Shown here: piece after piece, positions 1-10,503 of the stretch
Numbering within the stretch: the first letter of the stretch is position 1
Layout: the number at the start of each line of letters is the position of its first letter
IMG/VR virus record: IMGVR_UViG_3300020416_000001
Span: 107,757-171,756 of that record
Reading direction: 5' to 3' (one strand)
Length of the DNA stretch: 64,000 nt
Source: a virus
The notes under the pieces: generated by a model
Seen by the model: the letters and a program-made list of their open reading frames with translations, nothing else
Databases searched by the model: none
Told to the model about the DNA's origin: nothing
Made by a program: the position numbers and the translations under genes

Positions 1-726
1 GATAATATTACTGTCATAGATGAACCCACAGAAATAGAATACGGTGGTAAGAAGTTTATGTTCTTGCCGTGGATTTGTCCTGATGATAAAGAAAAATTTG
101 GCGACGCAGTTGATAAGTCTGATGCTGATGTTCTTCTCGGACATCTAGAACTAAATGGATTCGAAGCAATCCCAGGTCACGTGATGGAGCACGGAGAAGA
201 TCCTGCAAGGTATGAGAGGTTCCCTCTAGTTTGTACAGGTCACTATCATATGAAATCTAGGAGAGGTAATATCCAATACCTAGGAAACCCGTACCAACTC
301 TACTGGAATGATTACGGTCAGAGACGTGGATTCCACGTCCTAAATACTGATACGTTGAAGTTAACATTTATACAAAACAAATACGATATTTTTTGCAAAC
401 TTTACTACGACGATTCTAGGAATGATTACGATGACATTCCTGATCTCTCACAACTGAAAGGATCATTTGTTAAACTAATAGTACAGAACAGATCAAATCA
501 AAAATGGTTTGATCGAATGATCAAAGCAATTCAACAGGCAGACGTAGCAGATCTAAAGATCATTGAGGATCTGACACTGGATGCACCCGAGGTCAAAGAA
601 GATGTTAAGATGGAAGATACTATGAGTATCCTTGAAACTTACGTTATGGATCTTGAGGAAACTGTTGATAAGAAAAACGTCGTTAACATTCTGAAATCAC
701 TCTATGTCGAATCACTAAATCTTTAA
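1..726 (+). CDS. gp47: Recombination endonuclease subunit (Mre11/SbcD-like), 5'-truncated by window
   Basis: Frame open from base 1; phosphoesterase motifs LLGHLELNGF, TGHYH, YLGNPYQLYWND; upstream of gp46. Confidence 0.93.
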   Translation, partial: DNITVIDEPTEIEYGGKKFMFLPWICPDDKEKFGDAVDKSDADVLLGHLELNGFEAIPGHVMEHGEDPARYERFPLVCTGHYHMKSRRGNIQYLGNPYQLYWNDYGQRRGFHVLNTDTLKLTFIQNKYDIFCKLYYDDSRNDYDDIPDLSQLKGSFVKLIVQNRSNQKWFDRMIKAIQQADVADLKIIEDLTLDAPEVKEDVKMEDTMSILETYVMDLEETVDKKNVVNILKSLYVESLNL

Positions 727-995
727 TGTTCATTCTTACAGACGGAAAAACTGGTGGTGTCTATGCCGTAACTCCTAATGGGAAAAACGATCCCAAGGGT
801 CCTAAGGCAGTGCAAATTTTCGTTGACAAAGATGATGCGATACGCTATAATTTAATGCTAGAGGCAAACGATTATGATCGTAAACTAGACGTGCTTGAGG
901 TTGAGTTCGACCTCGTAGTACAGAACTGTCTAGCACATCGATATGACTACGTTATTGTTAAACCTGATCAAGTGGTGGTTCCTCCAACCGATTAA
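726..995 (+). CDS. Hypothetical protein between gp47 and gp46
   Basis: 89 aa ORF with TAATG coupling to gp47. Confidence 0.75.
   Translation: MFILTDGKTGGVYAVTPNGKNDPKGPKAVQIFVDKDDAIRYNLMLEANDYDRKLDVLEVEFDLVVQNCLAHRYDYVIVKPDQVVVPPTD
823..851 (+). promoter_or_regulatory. Sigma70-type promoter upstream of gp46
   Basis: TTGACA-17 nt-TATAAT, perfect consensus. Confidence 0.75.
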
Positions 996-997
996 TT

Positions 998-2716
998 ATG
1001 ATTGTATTTGAGAAACTTCGATGGAGAAATTTCTTATCAACAGGACAAAACTTCACTGAACTAGATCTCATCGACACATCCTCAACTCTTGTTGTGGGTA
1101 ATAACGGTGCAGGTAAGTCCACGATGTTGGATGCTTTGTGCTTTGGACTCTTCAATAGACCTTTCCGTAAGGTTTCCAAGTCACAACTTGTTAATACTAT
1201 TAATGAAAGAGATACGATTGTAGAAATAGATTTTAGTATTGGATCTGTATCGTACAAAGTTGTACGAGGAATGAAACCCAATGTCTTCGAAATCTGGAGG
1301 AATGGTTCCCTCGTCGATCAGGACGCAGCGAATAGAGACTATCAAAAATACTTGGAGCAGAGCATACTTAAACTTAACTTCAAGTCTTTCACTCAGGTTG
1401 TTATTCTTGGTAGTTCAACTTTTGTTCCTTTTATGCAGTTGTCTGCACCGCATAGAAGAGAGGTTATCGAAGATCTGTTGGACATCCAAATCTTCTCGCA
1501 GATGAATATGCTGCTGAAGGAGAGAGTAAAAGATAATAGAGAACAACTAAAAGAATGTGAGCATCAGTTACAACTTGCAGAACAAGCAATTACTTCTCAG
1601 AAGAGAACTGTTGATAAACTGTCTGCAGTAAATGATGAACGTATCAATAGACAGCAACAAAAATTTAAGGACAACGAAGATAGGATGTTGGTAATCAAAG
1701 AAGAGATTGCTATCATCGAACAGCGTGTCATCGGACTCAAGTCTATGCAAGAAGAGTTGATGAAGCACGAGAACCTTATGATGCAACAGAATAAGATCAA
1801 GGGCAAACTAGAAGACAAGAGTAAGAAGTTTGTCAAGGACAAAGCATTCTTTGAGACCAACTCAACCTGTCCTACTTGTTCTCAGGACATTGAAGAATCA
1901 TTTAGAAATATGAAGGTTTCTATCTATACTAAAAAGCACGATGATTTGCGTAGTGCAATTACAGAACTTGAAACACAGATTCAAGATACCCTAGAGATTA
2001 GTAGTAACATAAAGACTGAGACAGACAAGTTGTCTGAGGATCAGTTTGAGATCCGTCGTTTATATAATGAAGAAAAGAATCTGATGAAAGAGAACAGTGA
2101 GATCCTATCTCACGTACAGAAACTAAGCACACTGCCTGACATTACTAAGGAGAAAGAACAACTCAAAATATTCCAAGAAACTTATGATGAGCGAGAAGAG
2201 TCTTGTTCAAAAGTTACAAAAGAAACTTTGGATTATAAACTAGTAGGAACTCTCCTCAAGGATGGTGGTATCAAGGCAAAGATTATCTCAAAGTATATTC
2301 CTATCATCAACCAGAGAATCAATAAGTATCTGGGAGAGATGGACACCTTTGTCAATTTTACCCTTGACGAAGAATTCTCTGAGGTGATAAAATCTCGCCA
2401 TCGCGACAAGTTCTCCTATGCCTCATTCAGTGAGGGAGAGAAGCAGAAAATTGATCTGTCATTATTATTTACTTGGAGACACGTTGCGAAACTAAAAAAC
2501 TCTGTTGCTACTAATCTGCTCATCCTAGATGAGGTGTTTGATTCATCACTAGATAATCAAGCAACTGATGAACTCTTAAAAATTCTTAAGAGTTTAGGTA
2601 GCGAAACAAACTTCTTTGTTATCTCACACAAAGGTGAGGTTCTTGCAGACAAGTTTGAGAAACAAATCCGTTTCGAAAAGATCAACGGGTTCAGTAAATC
2701 CTTCACGTATGAGTAA
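998..2716 (+). CDS. gp46: Recombination ATPase subunit (Rad50/SbcC-like)
   Basis: Walker A GNNGAGKS, zinc hook CPTC, signature FSEGEK, Walker B LILDEVFD, coiled coil. Confidence 0.96.
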   Translation: MIVFEKLRWRNFLSTGQNFTELDLIDTSSTLVVGNNGAGKSTMLDALCFGLFNRPFRKVSKSQLVNTINERDTIVEIDFSIGSVSYKVVRGMKPNVFEIWRNGSLVDQDAANRDYQKYLEQSILKLNFKSFTQVVILGSSTFVPFMQLSAPHRREVIEDLLDIQIFSQMNMLLKERVKDNREQLKECEHQLQLAEQAITSQKRTVDKLSAVNDERINRQQQKFKDNEDRMLVIKEEIAIIEQRVIGLKSMQEELMKHENLMMQQNKIKGKLEDKSKKFVKDKAFFETNSTCPTCSQDIEESFRNMKVSIYTKKHDDLRSAITELETQIQDTLEISSNIKTETDKLSEDQFEIRRLYNEEKNLMKENSEILSHVQKLSTLPDITKEKEQLKIFQETYDEREESCSKVTKETLDYKLVGTLLKDGGIKAKIISKYIPIINQRINKYLGEMDTFVNFTLDEEFSEVIKSRHRDKFSYASFSEGEKQKIDLSLLFTWRHVAKLKNSVATNLLILDEVFDSSLDNQATDELLKILKSLGSETNFFVISHKGEVLADKFEKQIRFEKINGFSKSFTYE

Positions 2717-3294
2717 TGTTTAGTCATCCATTTTTTACCAATCCAGATGGGTATCCAAAGCACGCTGATTTGAAAGTAGATCTACTTGAATCACGTGACA
2801 AGATTATTCAAGACTTCAACATTTTCTATGGAACTGGGTACTCGACTGTTCATACTAACCCTAACTATCATCTGGTATATCCAGAGTTTGCAGATTGGGT
2901 TCTATCGAATATTGAACCTTTTGACCACGAACTCAAAATACACCAGATGTGGGTCAACGTTAATCCGCACGGCGGGTTTCAAATGCGTCACAACCACGCA
3001 GACGCAGATATGGCAGGCACCTACTATCTCAAGGTCCCACCAGGGGATACTGGGGATATTTTCTTCTATCATCCTAGCAACGCTGTCGATACGCTAAATA
3101 GAATTCAACCATACTGGAACTATACACACTGTCAGATTCCTAGAGAACGAGACTTGTATTTCTGGCCAGGTTATCAGGACCACGAAGTCCGACAAAATTA
3201 TGAGAATCAAGAACGATGGTCTATCAGTTTCACTCTGAAAATTCCACAGAAGATCCGAGAGATAAGATTTCCCAGTTTACCCAAGACTTCTTGA
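2716..3294 (+). CDS. Putative 2OG-Fe(II) oxygenase (HxH type)
   Basis: MWVNVN..HNH..GTYYL..FWPGYQDHEV..RWSISF pattern. Confidence 0.8.
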   Translation: MFSHPFFTNPDGYPKHADLKVDLLESRDKIIQDFNIFYGTGYSTVHTNPNYHLVYPEFADWVLSNIEPFDHELKIHQMWVNVNPHGGFQMRHNHADADMAGTYYLKVPPGDTGDIFFYHPSNAVDTLNRIQPYWNYTHCQIPRERDLYFWPGYQDHEVRQNYENQERWSISFTLKIPQKIREIRFPSLPKTS

Positions 3295-3851
3295 ATCCTC
3301 TGACAAATGTTAAAGTAGAACTATTCCCTACTACACTCTATGTTTTTTCCCACCATAACTCAGCGATTGACAAAGAGATTGAAAACATACCTGACGATCC
3401 TGAGATACTATCCCACCTATCGCCAGGGGCAAAACCAAGTATTGTCGAAGGATCACATCAGGGTATGTACAGTCTTCAACTCTTCCGACGATATGAACTA
3501 CCTGCCCTCAGTGAGTTCATACGCAACAGTATGGAGCAAGTTCTTCCAGACGCGAAAATTTTCCAGTCTTGGATAAATAGATTACCGAAGGGTGCGAAGC
3601 AAGAGGTACATACTCACGCAAATGCAGTTCTGTCTGGTATATATTATCACAACACTACACCCGAGCAAGGTGGTATAGTGTTTATGAATCCCAATCCGTT
3701 CTCCAAGATGGCAATGTGGAATACTGAGGAAGGTAGGTTCTTCCCATCCACACCAAGAACATTAGTATTGTTTCCATCGTGGTTAGAACATAAGACATCG
3801 GAAAACAGATCAGATAAACTACGAGTCTCGATTGCATTCAATGCAAAGTAG
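3291..3851 (+). CDS. Putative 2OG-Fe(II) oxygenase (HxH type)
   Basis: SWIN..HTH..LSGIYY..LFPSWLEH..RVSIAFN; TTG start overlapping the upstream TGA preferred to ATG 3216. Confidence 0.8.
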   Translation: MNPLTNVKVELFPTTLYVFSHHNSAIDKEIENIPDDPEILSHLSPGAKPSIVEGSHQGMYSLQLFRRYELPALSEFIRNSMEQVLPDAKIFQSWINRLPKGAKQEVHTHANAVLSGIYYHNTTPEQGGIVFMNPNPFSKMAMWNTEEGRFFPSTPRTLVLFPSWLEHKTSENRSDKLRVSIAFNAK

Positions 3852-3906
3852 ACAGTTGACAAAGTGGCACACTAACCCTTCCATCTCGGTGGAGGGGTTT
3901 TATAAT
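3851..3906 (+). promoter_or_regulatory. Early-type promoter with upstream GTGGCACA box
   Basis: GACAGTTGACAAAGTGGCACA, inverted repeat, then TATAAT at 3901. Confidence 0.6.
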
Positions 3907-3931
3907 ATGTACATACGACACACGGAAACAA

Positions 3932-6097
3932 ATGACAGTAAACAAAGGAGTCAAAGGTACACTCGCTAAGTTGCTCGCAACTGAAGACCTTATCATTGAG
4001 CACAAGAATTGTCAGACTGCATCATTCGATGTCAAGCGTCGTGTTCTTACTCTTCCTATCTGGGACAAAGCAAGCGAAGAAGTTTACGATCTTCTAGTTG
4101 CACACGAGGTAGGTCACGCTTTGTTTACACCTTCAGAGTGGACAACAGATCAGTTCAAGTGCCCTCAGTCCTATGTAAACGTTACTGAAGATGCACGTAT
4201 CGAGAAGTTGATGAAGCGTAAGTATGCAGGTCTTCCTAAAACATTCTACAGAGGTTACAAAGAACTCAACGACGATGACTTCTTCCAAGCAGAGAATCCT
4301 GAGAAGTGCAACCTAATCGACCGCATCAATCTTTTCTTCAAGATCGGTAACTACAGAGATATTCCTTTCACTGCTGAAGAGAAAGTATTTGTAAAAGAGA
4401 CTGGCGATGCAGAAACATTCCAAGAGTCTTGCGATGTTGCTCTCAAAGTTTTCAAGTATATGAAAGAAAAGCAGGAGCAAATGCAAGAGGTTGAGGTTCC
4501 TGCAGCACCTAAAGGTGCAGACCAAGGTGCTCCATCAGGTGACACTGTTGAGTCTGAAGACAAGTCAGAGAACACAGCAGGCGAAGGCGACAAGTTTCAA
4601 GAAGACATCAATCCTGACGCTGACCTTGATGCACCTGTAGATGAGACAAACTCTCAGCAACCTACAATCGAGGAGCAGAGTGGTAATGAAGGTTCAGATT
4701 CAAAGAATCCTCTTGAGGCAATGACTGACAAAGCATTCCAAGAGGCAGTCAAGGATCTTGTAGAGAACACATACGACTCTGAGTACATCCAGATTCCTAA
4801 GATTGACACAAAAAATATGATCGTATCTTGGGAGAAACTAGTTGAGTTGTCTGAAGAGCACTGGAATGCAGCAATCGATGAGTACGAAGTTGCAGATCTT
4901 GCCAAGTCCAAGACTGACTACAACGAGTTCATCAAAAAATCTCAAAAGGAAATCAACTTCCTTGTTAAAGAGTTTGAGTGCCGTAAAGCAGCAGACTCCT
5001 ATGCACGTCAACTTACATCTAAGACTGGTGTTCTTAACACGACTGTGTTGCACCAGTACAAGTACAACGATGACATCTTCAAGCGTGTGACTGTTGTACC
5101 TGACGGTAAGAACCACGGTATGATCTTCCTTCTCGACTGGTCAGGTTCTATGTCTAACTGCCTGTTCGATACTGCAAAGCAAGTCCTACAACTTGCACAC
5201 TTCTGCAGAAAGATCAACATCCCATTCCGTTGCTATGCTTTCAACTATGCTTGGAATGCATTCTATCCTGATAGACCACAAGATGAGCGTTTCACTCCTG
5301 CCTATGGAGACATCTCATTCTCTAACGGATTCTGTCTTGTAGAAATGCTTTCTTCTGAAGCAAAGAAAAAAGCAGACTTCGAGCGTACTTGCTTGACATT
5401 CTGGAGAAACGTTGCATCTAACTGCAGCGACAGAGGTAACTGGTATGGACGTTACTATCGTTTCAACCACTGCCCAGGTCTAGGTCTTAGTGGCACACCA
5501 CTCCTAGAGTCTATTGCAGCAATGCACTCAGTCATCCCTCAGTTCAAAAAAGAGACTGGTGCTCAGAAAGTATCTCTCTCAGTTCTATCTGATGGAGAGG
5601 CAGGACCCTGCTCATTCTTCTGTGAGCGTGCTAACCTCTTCTCAGGCAGATTGTTCGAGAACACATACGGTCGTAGGTGCCAACTTCGTGACCGTAAGAT
5701 CGGTAAGATCTATCAAAAGGAAGACAATCCTTCATACCAACTTCAGACATTCCTTGAGAACCTCAAGGACAGATTCCCTGAGGTAACTATCGTAGGTTTC
5801 CGTCTTGTAGCACCTAGAGATTCATACTCATACTTCCGTCAACTTGGTTTTATGGGTCAACTCAAGCGTGTAGATCTTGCACACAATAAGTTCAAGAAGG
5901 ACAAGTTTGTACAGATCGATACTTCTAAGTACGATGTACTCTATGTACTTCCTACAAACAACCTTGAAGAGTCCGAGTCTATCGAAGTCGAGGACGGTGC
6001 AGAGATCAAGCAGATCCGTGCTGCCTTCAAGAAACTTTACAAAGGCAAGAACAGCAACAAGAAGATGCTTTCTTCCCTCAGTAAGACAATCGCATAA
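3932..6097 (+). CDS. Metallopeptidase-like plus vWA domain protein (CobT-like partner of CobS)
   Basis: HExxH (AHEVGH), EDARIE, acidic linker, MIDAS DWSGSM, SGTPL, LSDGEA. Confidence 0.85.
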   Translation: MTVNKGVKGTLAKLLATEDLIIEHKNCQTASFDVKRRVLTLPIWDKASEEVYDLLVAHEVGHALFTPSEWTTDQFKCPQSYVNVTEDARIEKLMKRKYAGLPKTFYRGYKELNDDDFFQAENPEKCNLIDRINLFFKIGNYRDIPFTAEEKVFVKETGDAETFQESCDVALKVFKYMKEKQEQMQEVEVPAAPKGADQGAPSGDTVESEDKSENTAGEGDKFQEDINPDADLDAPVDETNSQQPTIEEQSGNEGSDSKNPLEAMTDKAFQEAVKDLVENTYDSEYIQIPKIDTKNMIVSWEKLVELSEEHWNAAIDEYEVADLAKSKTDYNEFIKKSQKEINFLVKEFECRKAADSYARQLTSKTGVLNTTVLHQYKYNDDIFKRVTVVPDGKNHGMIFLLDWSGSMSNCLFDTAKQVLQLAHFCRKINIPFRCYAFNYAWNAFYPDRPQDERFTPAYGDISFSNGFCLVEMLSSEAKKKADFERTCLTFWRNVASNCSDRGNWYGRYYRFNHCPGLGLSGTPLLESIAAMHSVIPQFKKETGAQKVSLSVLSDGEAGPCSFFCERANLFSGRLFENTYGRRCQLRDRKIGKIYQKEDNPSYQLQTFLENLKDRFPEVTIVGFRLVAPRDSYSYFRQLGFMGQLKRVDLAHNKFKKDKFVQIDTSKYDVLYVLPTNNLEESESIEVEDGAEIKQIRAAFKKLYKGKNSNKKMLSSLSKTIA

Positions 6098-6140
6098 GTG
6101 GCACACGGACCTCCCATCCGTGGTCCATCTGCTCTATACT
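6098..6140 (+). promoter_or_regulatory. Early-type promoter with GTGGCACA box
   Basis: GTGGCACA 6098, GGACC/GGTCC inverted repeat, TATACT 6135. Confidence 0.55.
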
Positions 6141-6169
6141 TAATTCATACAAACAAACACATAAAACAA

Positions 6170-7267
6170 ATGCCTTTCGATCCAATCCCACACACAACAG
6201 AAGACTTCTTCAACTATCTTACAGAGAACTTCGGTCCAGAAGTTTCTGTTCCTAATCTCCTTGCAGCATCAGATCACTTCAACTGTTCTCTTGCTACTGT
6301 AAAGAAAAGACTCAAGCAGTACAAGACAGGATACAACAAGTGGGAATTGACTGTCGCTGAGGCACGTAAGCAACTTGAGACAATCATTGCTCAACCTGAC
6401 GTATCACTTGTTCCTTCAAAAGATCCTAACTACGTTCCTTTCGGTAACTACAGCACAATCAAGAAAGTTATCAAGAGTAAAGCATTCTACCCAACATATA
6501 TCCAAGGTCTGTCAGGAAACGGTAAAACACTTGGTGTCGAACAAGTATGTGCGTCTCTAAATAGGGAGTTGATTCGCGTTAACATTACTATTGAGACCGA
6601 CGAAGATGATCTTATTGGTGGTTTTCGTCTTGTTAATGGTGATACTGTTTGGCACAACGGACCAGTCATCGATGCTCTGGAGAAAGGAACTGTGTTGCTT
6701 CTAGACGAAGTAGACCTTGCATCAAACAAGATTCTTTGTCTCCAGTCTGTCCTTGAGGGTAAAGGTGTATTCCTTAAGAAGATCGGTAAGTATGTCAAAC
6801 CTGCCCCAGGATTCAACGTCATCGCAACTGCTAACACCAAAGGTAAAGGTTCTGATGACGGTCGTTTCGTAGGAACAAATGTTCTCAACGAAGCATTCCT
6901 TGAGCGTTTTGCTATCACTCTTGAACAGGACTATCCATCTGTAGTCACAGAAACCAAAATCCTTAAAGGTATCTGTGATGACGCTGACTTCTGCAAGCGT
7001 CTTGCTGACTGGGCATCTATCATCCGCAGGACATTTGCTGAAGGTGGTATCGATGAGTTGATCTCTACTCGTCGCTTGGTTCACATTGCAAAAGCATTCA
7101 ACATCTTTGGTTCCAAGGAAGATGCTATCAAGTTCTCTATCAATCGTTTTGATGAAGAGACAAAGCAAGCATTCTTTGAACTCTATGATAAGATTGACGC
7201 GGACTTCGCTCCCGAAGGAGACAAAGTTGTACCCTTGAGTGGTAACGAGGATGTTGACTTAGGGTGA
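6170..7267 (+). CDS. cobS: MoxR-family AAA+ ATPase (cyanophage CobS)
   Basis: GLSGNGKT, LLLDEVD, TANTKGKGSDDGRF, NEAFLERF, STRRL; start moved to ATG 6170, downstream of the promoter. Confidence 0.92.
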   Translation: MPFDPIPHTTEDFFNYLTENFGPEVSVPNLLAASDHFNCSLATVKKRLKQYKTGYNKWELTVAEARKQLETIIAQPDVSLVPSKDPNYVPFGNYSTIKKVIKSKAFYPTYIQGLSGNGKTLGVEQVCASLNRELIRVNITIETDEDDLIGGFRLVNGDTVWHNGPVIDALEKGTVLLLDEVDLASNKILCLQSVLEGKGVFLKKIGKYVKPAPGFNVIATANTKGKGSDDGRFVGTNVLNEAFLERFAITLEQDYPSVVTETKILKGICDDADFCKRLADWASIIRRTFAEGGIDELISTRRLVHIAKAFNIFGSKEDAIKFSINRFDEETKQAFFELYDKIDADFAPEGDKVVPLSGNEDVDLG

Positions 7268-7293
7268 TAACTCTGGTAAACTAAAACTATCCT

Positions 7294-7458
7294 ATGGATC
7301 TACCTGTTAACGACAAAGAACTTGTCACTATCGTCGCTGCCCTTAAACTGGGTGGCGACACTGCCCTTCACAACAAACTAAAACTTGTTACTGAACTAAG
7401 AGCATTGGGTAAACCTTACAAAAAAATCTTACGAGAACAATACGGTTATGTCGTTTAA
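7294..7458 (+). CDS. Small hypothetical protein (54 aa, MDLPVNDKEL...)
   Basis: Translated by hand; preceded by TTGACT-17-TAAACT at 7254-7282. Confidence 0.65.
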   Translation: MDLPVNDKELVTIVAALKLGGDTALHNKLKLVTELRALGKPYKKILREQYGYVV

Positions 7459-7735
7459 GTATGAAGAGAGTGAAACTCTCGATCATTTGAAAGACTACAT
7501 CAGCAACACATACAAAGGTCACTATTCAGCAGGCAACGATAAAATTCAAACACTGGATTTAATTGAAGCGTGTGGTGATGCTGAGGCATTCTGTAGGAGC
7601 AACATCCTAAAGTATGCCTCTCGTTATGATAAGAAGGGTTCCGCCAAAATGGACCTTCTGAAAGTGATGCATTACGCAGTCCTTCTATACCACTTTTCAC
7701 AAAAACAATCTATCACGGAAACTTACCCTCAATGA
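7448..7735 (+). CDS. DUF3310-like protein
   Basis: HY..IQTLDLI..FCRSNILKYASRYDKKG..DLLKVMHY pattern. Confidence 0.75.
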   Translation: MSFKYEESETLDHLKDYISNTYKGHYSAGNDKIQTLDLIEACGDAEAFCRSNILKYASRYDKKGSAKMDLLKVMHYAVLLYHFSQKQSITETYPQ

Positions 7736-8415
7736 GCACAGTAAAGATCTCCAAAAAAACTCAATCAATCCTTAAGAATTTTGCTACGATCAACAAGTCT
7801 ATCGTTATCGATCCTGGTAGTAGGATCCGTACGATCTCTGTCAACCGCAACATTTATGCTAGTGTCGAGGTTGCTGAAAAGTTCCCTCAGCAGGTCCCGA
7901 TTTATGACCTCGGTCTGTTCCTCTCTGGTCTCTCACTCTTTGAGAGTCCGATTTTTGACTTCAGTGACCCTCAGAAACTTGAGATCAAAGATGAGATCCA
8001 CCAAGCGAGGACGCAGTATTACTACTCTGATCCAGACATCATCACAAAACCGCCGTCCAAAGAACTGGACATCCCTGGGGTAGATGTTGAATTTAATCTT
8101 CGTACTGATACTCTTGCTGATCTTCTCCGTGCTGCTTCCGTCTACCAAGTGCCTGATCTATGTTTGTACAACGGTGGTGGGAACATTAACTTGATGGTAT
8201 GTGACAAGAAGAATGAAACAAGCAATACATTCAGTGTCCCAGTTGGAACTCTTAACAATCCTGATGATGAGTTCTGTTACTGTTTCAAGGTAGAGAATCT
8301 TAGATTGCTCCCTGGAGATTACAAGGTTCGTATCGCTAAGAACAAGATCGGACACTTCCAATCTACAGGCACACCCCTTGAATACTACATCGCTCTAGAA
8401 CCAAAAGGCAAATGA
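7732..8415 (+). CDS. gp45: DNA polymerase sliding clamp
   Basis: ILKNFATINKSI, IYDLGLFL, YYIALEP; position before gp44. Confidence 0.93.
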   Translation: MSTVKISKKTQSILKNFATINKSIVIDPGSRIRTISVNRNIYASVEVAEKFPQQVPIYDLGLFLSGLSLFESPIFDFSDPQKLEIKDEIHQARTQYYYSDPDIITKPPSKELDIPGVDVEFNLRTDTLADLLRAASVYQVPDLCLYNGGGNINLMVCDKKNETSNTFSVPVGTLNNPDDEFCYCFKVENLRLLPGDYKVRIAKNKIGHFQSTGTPLEYYIALEPKGK

Positions 8416-8984
8416 AGCAAACTGACCTCTTCAGAGTTCCAGTCTACATCCACTCAGTCCGTGACTGGGATAAGATCAAGGAATCATTCTTGAACAAGAT
8501 TGACTGGAATGACCCTGAGTGTCAGGATCTAATGCAGGATGATTACCTCAATGGCGGTTATAGTGATTTCCACAAATACTATGCTGCAGGTCGTAATGCA
8601 GATTATTATGACGAATTGATGACCATCCTGTCTCAACCGCTTCAAGAGTTTGCTAGTATGAACCCAGGAGCGTTTGTGACTAATGCGTGGTGCCAAAGGT
8701 ATCCCGCTAACACTTGTCACTCTGCACACAATCACGGTGCAATCGGATACTCCTCTGTGTTCTATGCTCAACTGGGTAGAGCACATCAACCCACGTCATT
8801 CTTCTCACCGTTGATTGATCCGTGGTCTGGACAGATCGAATCGATCAATCCACAATGTAGAGAGGGAGACATCATCTTCTTCCCTTCATATCTTATCCAT
8901 CAATCGCAACCACATCGTGCTGCTGAGGATAAGATTATTTTTTCTTTCAATTTATATCTCTCTGGAGATACTATTTCATTATGA
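8412..8984 (+). CDS. Putative 2OG-Fe(II) oxygenase
   Basis: WCQRY..HSAHNHG..EGDIIFFPSYLIH..SFN. Confidence 0.78.
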   Translation: MKQTDLFRVPVYIHSVRDWDKIKESFLNKIDWNDPECQDLMQDDYLNGGYSDFHKYYAAGRNADYYDELMTILSQPLQEFASMNPGAFVTNAWCQRYPANTCHSAHNHGAIGYSSVFYAQLGRAHQPTSFFSPLIDPWSGQIESINPQCREGDIIFFPSYLIHQSQPHRAAEDKIIFSFNLYLSGDTISL

Positions 8985-9922
8985 GTGATTTTCTTTGGTG
9001 CGAACAATATCGTCCTCGTAAGATTGACGATTGTATTTTGCCTGAGAATATCAAGAGTGTGCTAAGTAAGTTTGTAGAGTTAGGAGAGATTCCTAATCTT
9101 TTACTGTCTGGTCCTCCTGGTATTGGCAAGACCACAGTAGCGAAAGCATTGTGTGAACAACTAGAAGCAGATTATTATGTCATCAACGGATCAGACGAAG
9201 GAAGGTTCCTTGATACAGTCAGAAACAATGCAAAGAATTTTGCATCGACCGTATCTCTTACTTCAACATCTAAACACAAAGTCATCATCATTGATGAGGC
9301 AGATAACACAACCCCTGATGTTCAACTCCTCCTCAGGGCAAGCATTGAGGAGTTCAGTGGCAACTGTAGATTCATCTTCACTTGCAACTACAAAAACAAA
9401 ATCATCGCACCCCTCCATTCTCGCTGCTCAGTTGTTGACTTCTCCATCACAGGAAAGCAAAAGCAACAACTCGCAGCAGAGTTTTTCAAGCGTGTCCAGT
9501 CCATCCTTGAAGAACAAAAGGTCACTGCAGAACCTCGCGTTCTGGCAGCGTTAGTACAAAAGTATTTCCCTGATTTCAGACGAACTCTAAATGAACTCCA
9601 ACGTTATTCTTCCATTGGTAAGATTGACACTGGTGTTCTTGCTGCTGTATCTGATACTAAACTTGACGACCTAGTTACCTTCTTGAAGGGTAAAGAGTTT
9701 ACCAAGATGAAGAAGTGGGTAGTACAGAATCTTGATAACGAACCCACACAGATTATGAGGAATGTTTATGACAGTCTCTATACATATCTGGCACCTCAGT
9801 CTATTCCTGAGGCAGTCCTTTTAATCGGTGAGTATCAATACAAGTCTGCATTTGTTGCAGATCAGGAAATCAATCTTGTTGCATTCCTTACTGAACTAAT
9901 GATGAGGTGTCAATTCAAATGA
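8981..9922 (+). CDS. gp44: Clamp loader large subunit
   Basis: YRP, GPPGIGKT, IIIDEAD, LHSRC. Confidence 0.96.
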   Translation: MSDFLWCEQYRPRKIDDCILPENIKSVLSKFVELGEIPNLLLSGPPGIGKTTVAKALCEQLEADYYVINGSDEGRFLDTVRNNAKNFASTVSLTSTSKHKVIIIDEADNTTPDVQLLLRASIEEFSGNCRFIFTCNYKNKIIAPLHSRCSVVDFSITGKQKQQLAAEFFKRVQSILEEQKVTAEPRVLAALVQKYFPDFRRTLNELQRYSSIGKIDTGVLAAVSDTKLDDLVTFLKGKEFTKMKKWVVQNLDNEPTQIMRNVYDSLYTYLAPQSIPEAVLLIGEYQYKSAFVADQEINLVAFLTELMMRCQFK

Positions 9923-10503
9923 AGACTAGACCACGAGAGTATCACTTCGTAGATGCTCTGACTGATATTAGATCAGCAGTTTTGTTAATCGGACTCCACG
10001 GACCAAACCTTGTAGGTATGGAACTTGGGGTCTTTCGTGCAGAGAGTCATCTGACTATCCTGCAGAACTGTCCTAACGTGAAGAAGTTGTACGGTGTTGA
10101 TAACTGGAGACCATATACTGACTGGATGAATCCTAACGGTGATGGTCCACTCAACTCCACAACTGAAGCACAGATGGAAACACACGAGTGGATTGCTAAA
10201 CATCACATCAAGTGGTCTGGTGTAGCAGATCGTTCCGAACTTTGGAAGGGCAACACATCAGAACTACACGAAGAGGTGGATAACAATTCATTTGATTTTA
10301 TATTCTTTGATGCTTGGTTAGACTACGAACAAGTTAAACGTGAACTGACTGACTGGTATCCCAAACTTAAGAAGGGAGGTCTATGTATCGGTCACGATTA
10401 TAACGCTGAAGCAGTGAATGTTGGTGTAGCAGAGTTCAGAGACATAAATGATATTAACAAACATATGGCAACATATGATTCTATGTTCGCTTGGAGAAAA
10501 TGA
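9919..10503 (+). CDS. Class I SAM-dependent methyltransferase
   Basis: ELGVFRA, YGVDNW, FDFIFFDA, LKKGGLCIGHDY. Confidence 0.8.
   Translation: MKTRPREYHFVDALTDIRSAVLLIGLHGPNLVGMELGVFRAESHLTILQNCPNVKKLYGVDNWRPYTDWMNPNGDGPLNSTTEAQMETHEWIAKHHIKWSGVADRSELWKGNTSELHEEVDNNSFDFIFFDAWLDYEQVKRELTDWYPKLKKGGLCIGHDYNAEAVNVGVAEFRDINDINKHMATYDSMFAWRK

Noticed and set aside
6098-6169. GTG start of cobS at 6098
   Set aside because: Coincides with the GTGGCACA promoter box, upstream of the -10; ATG 6170 preferred
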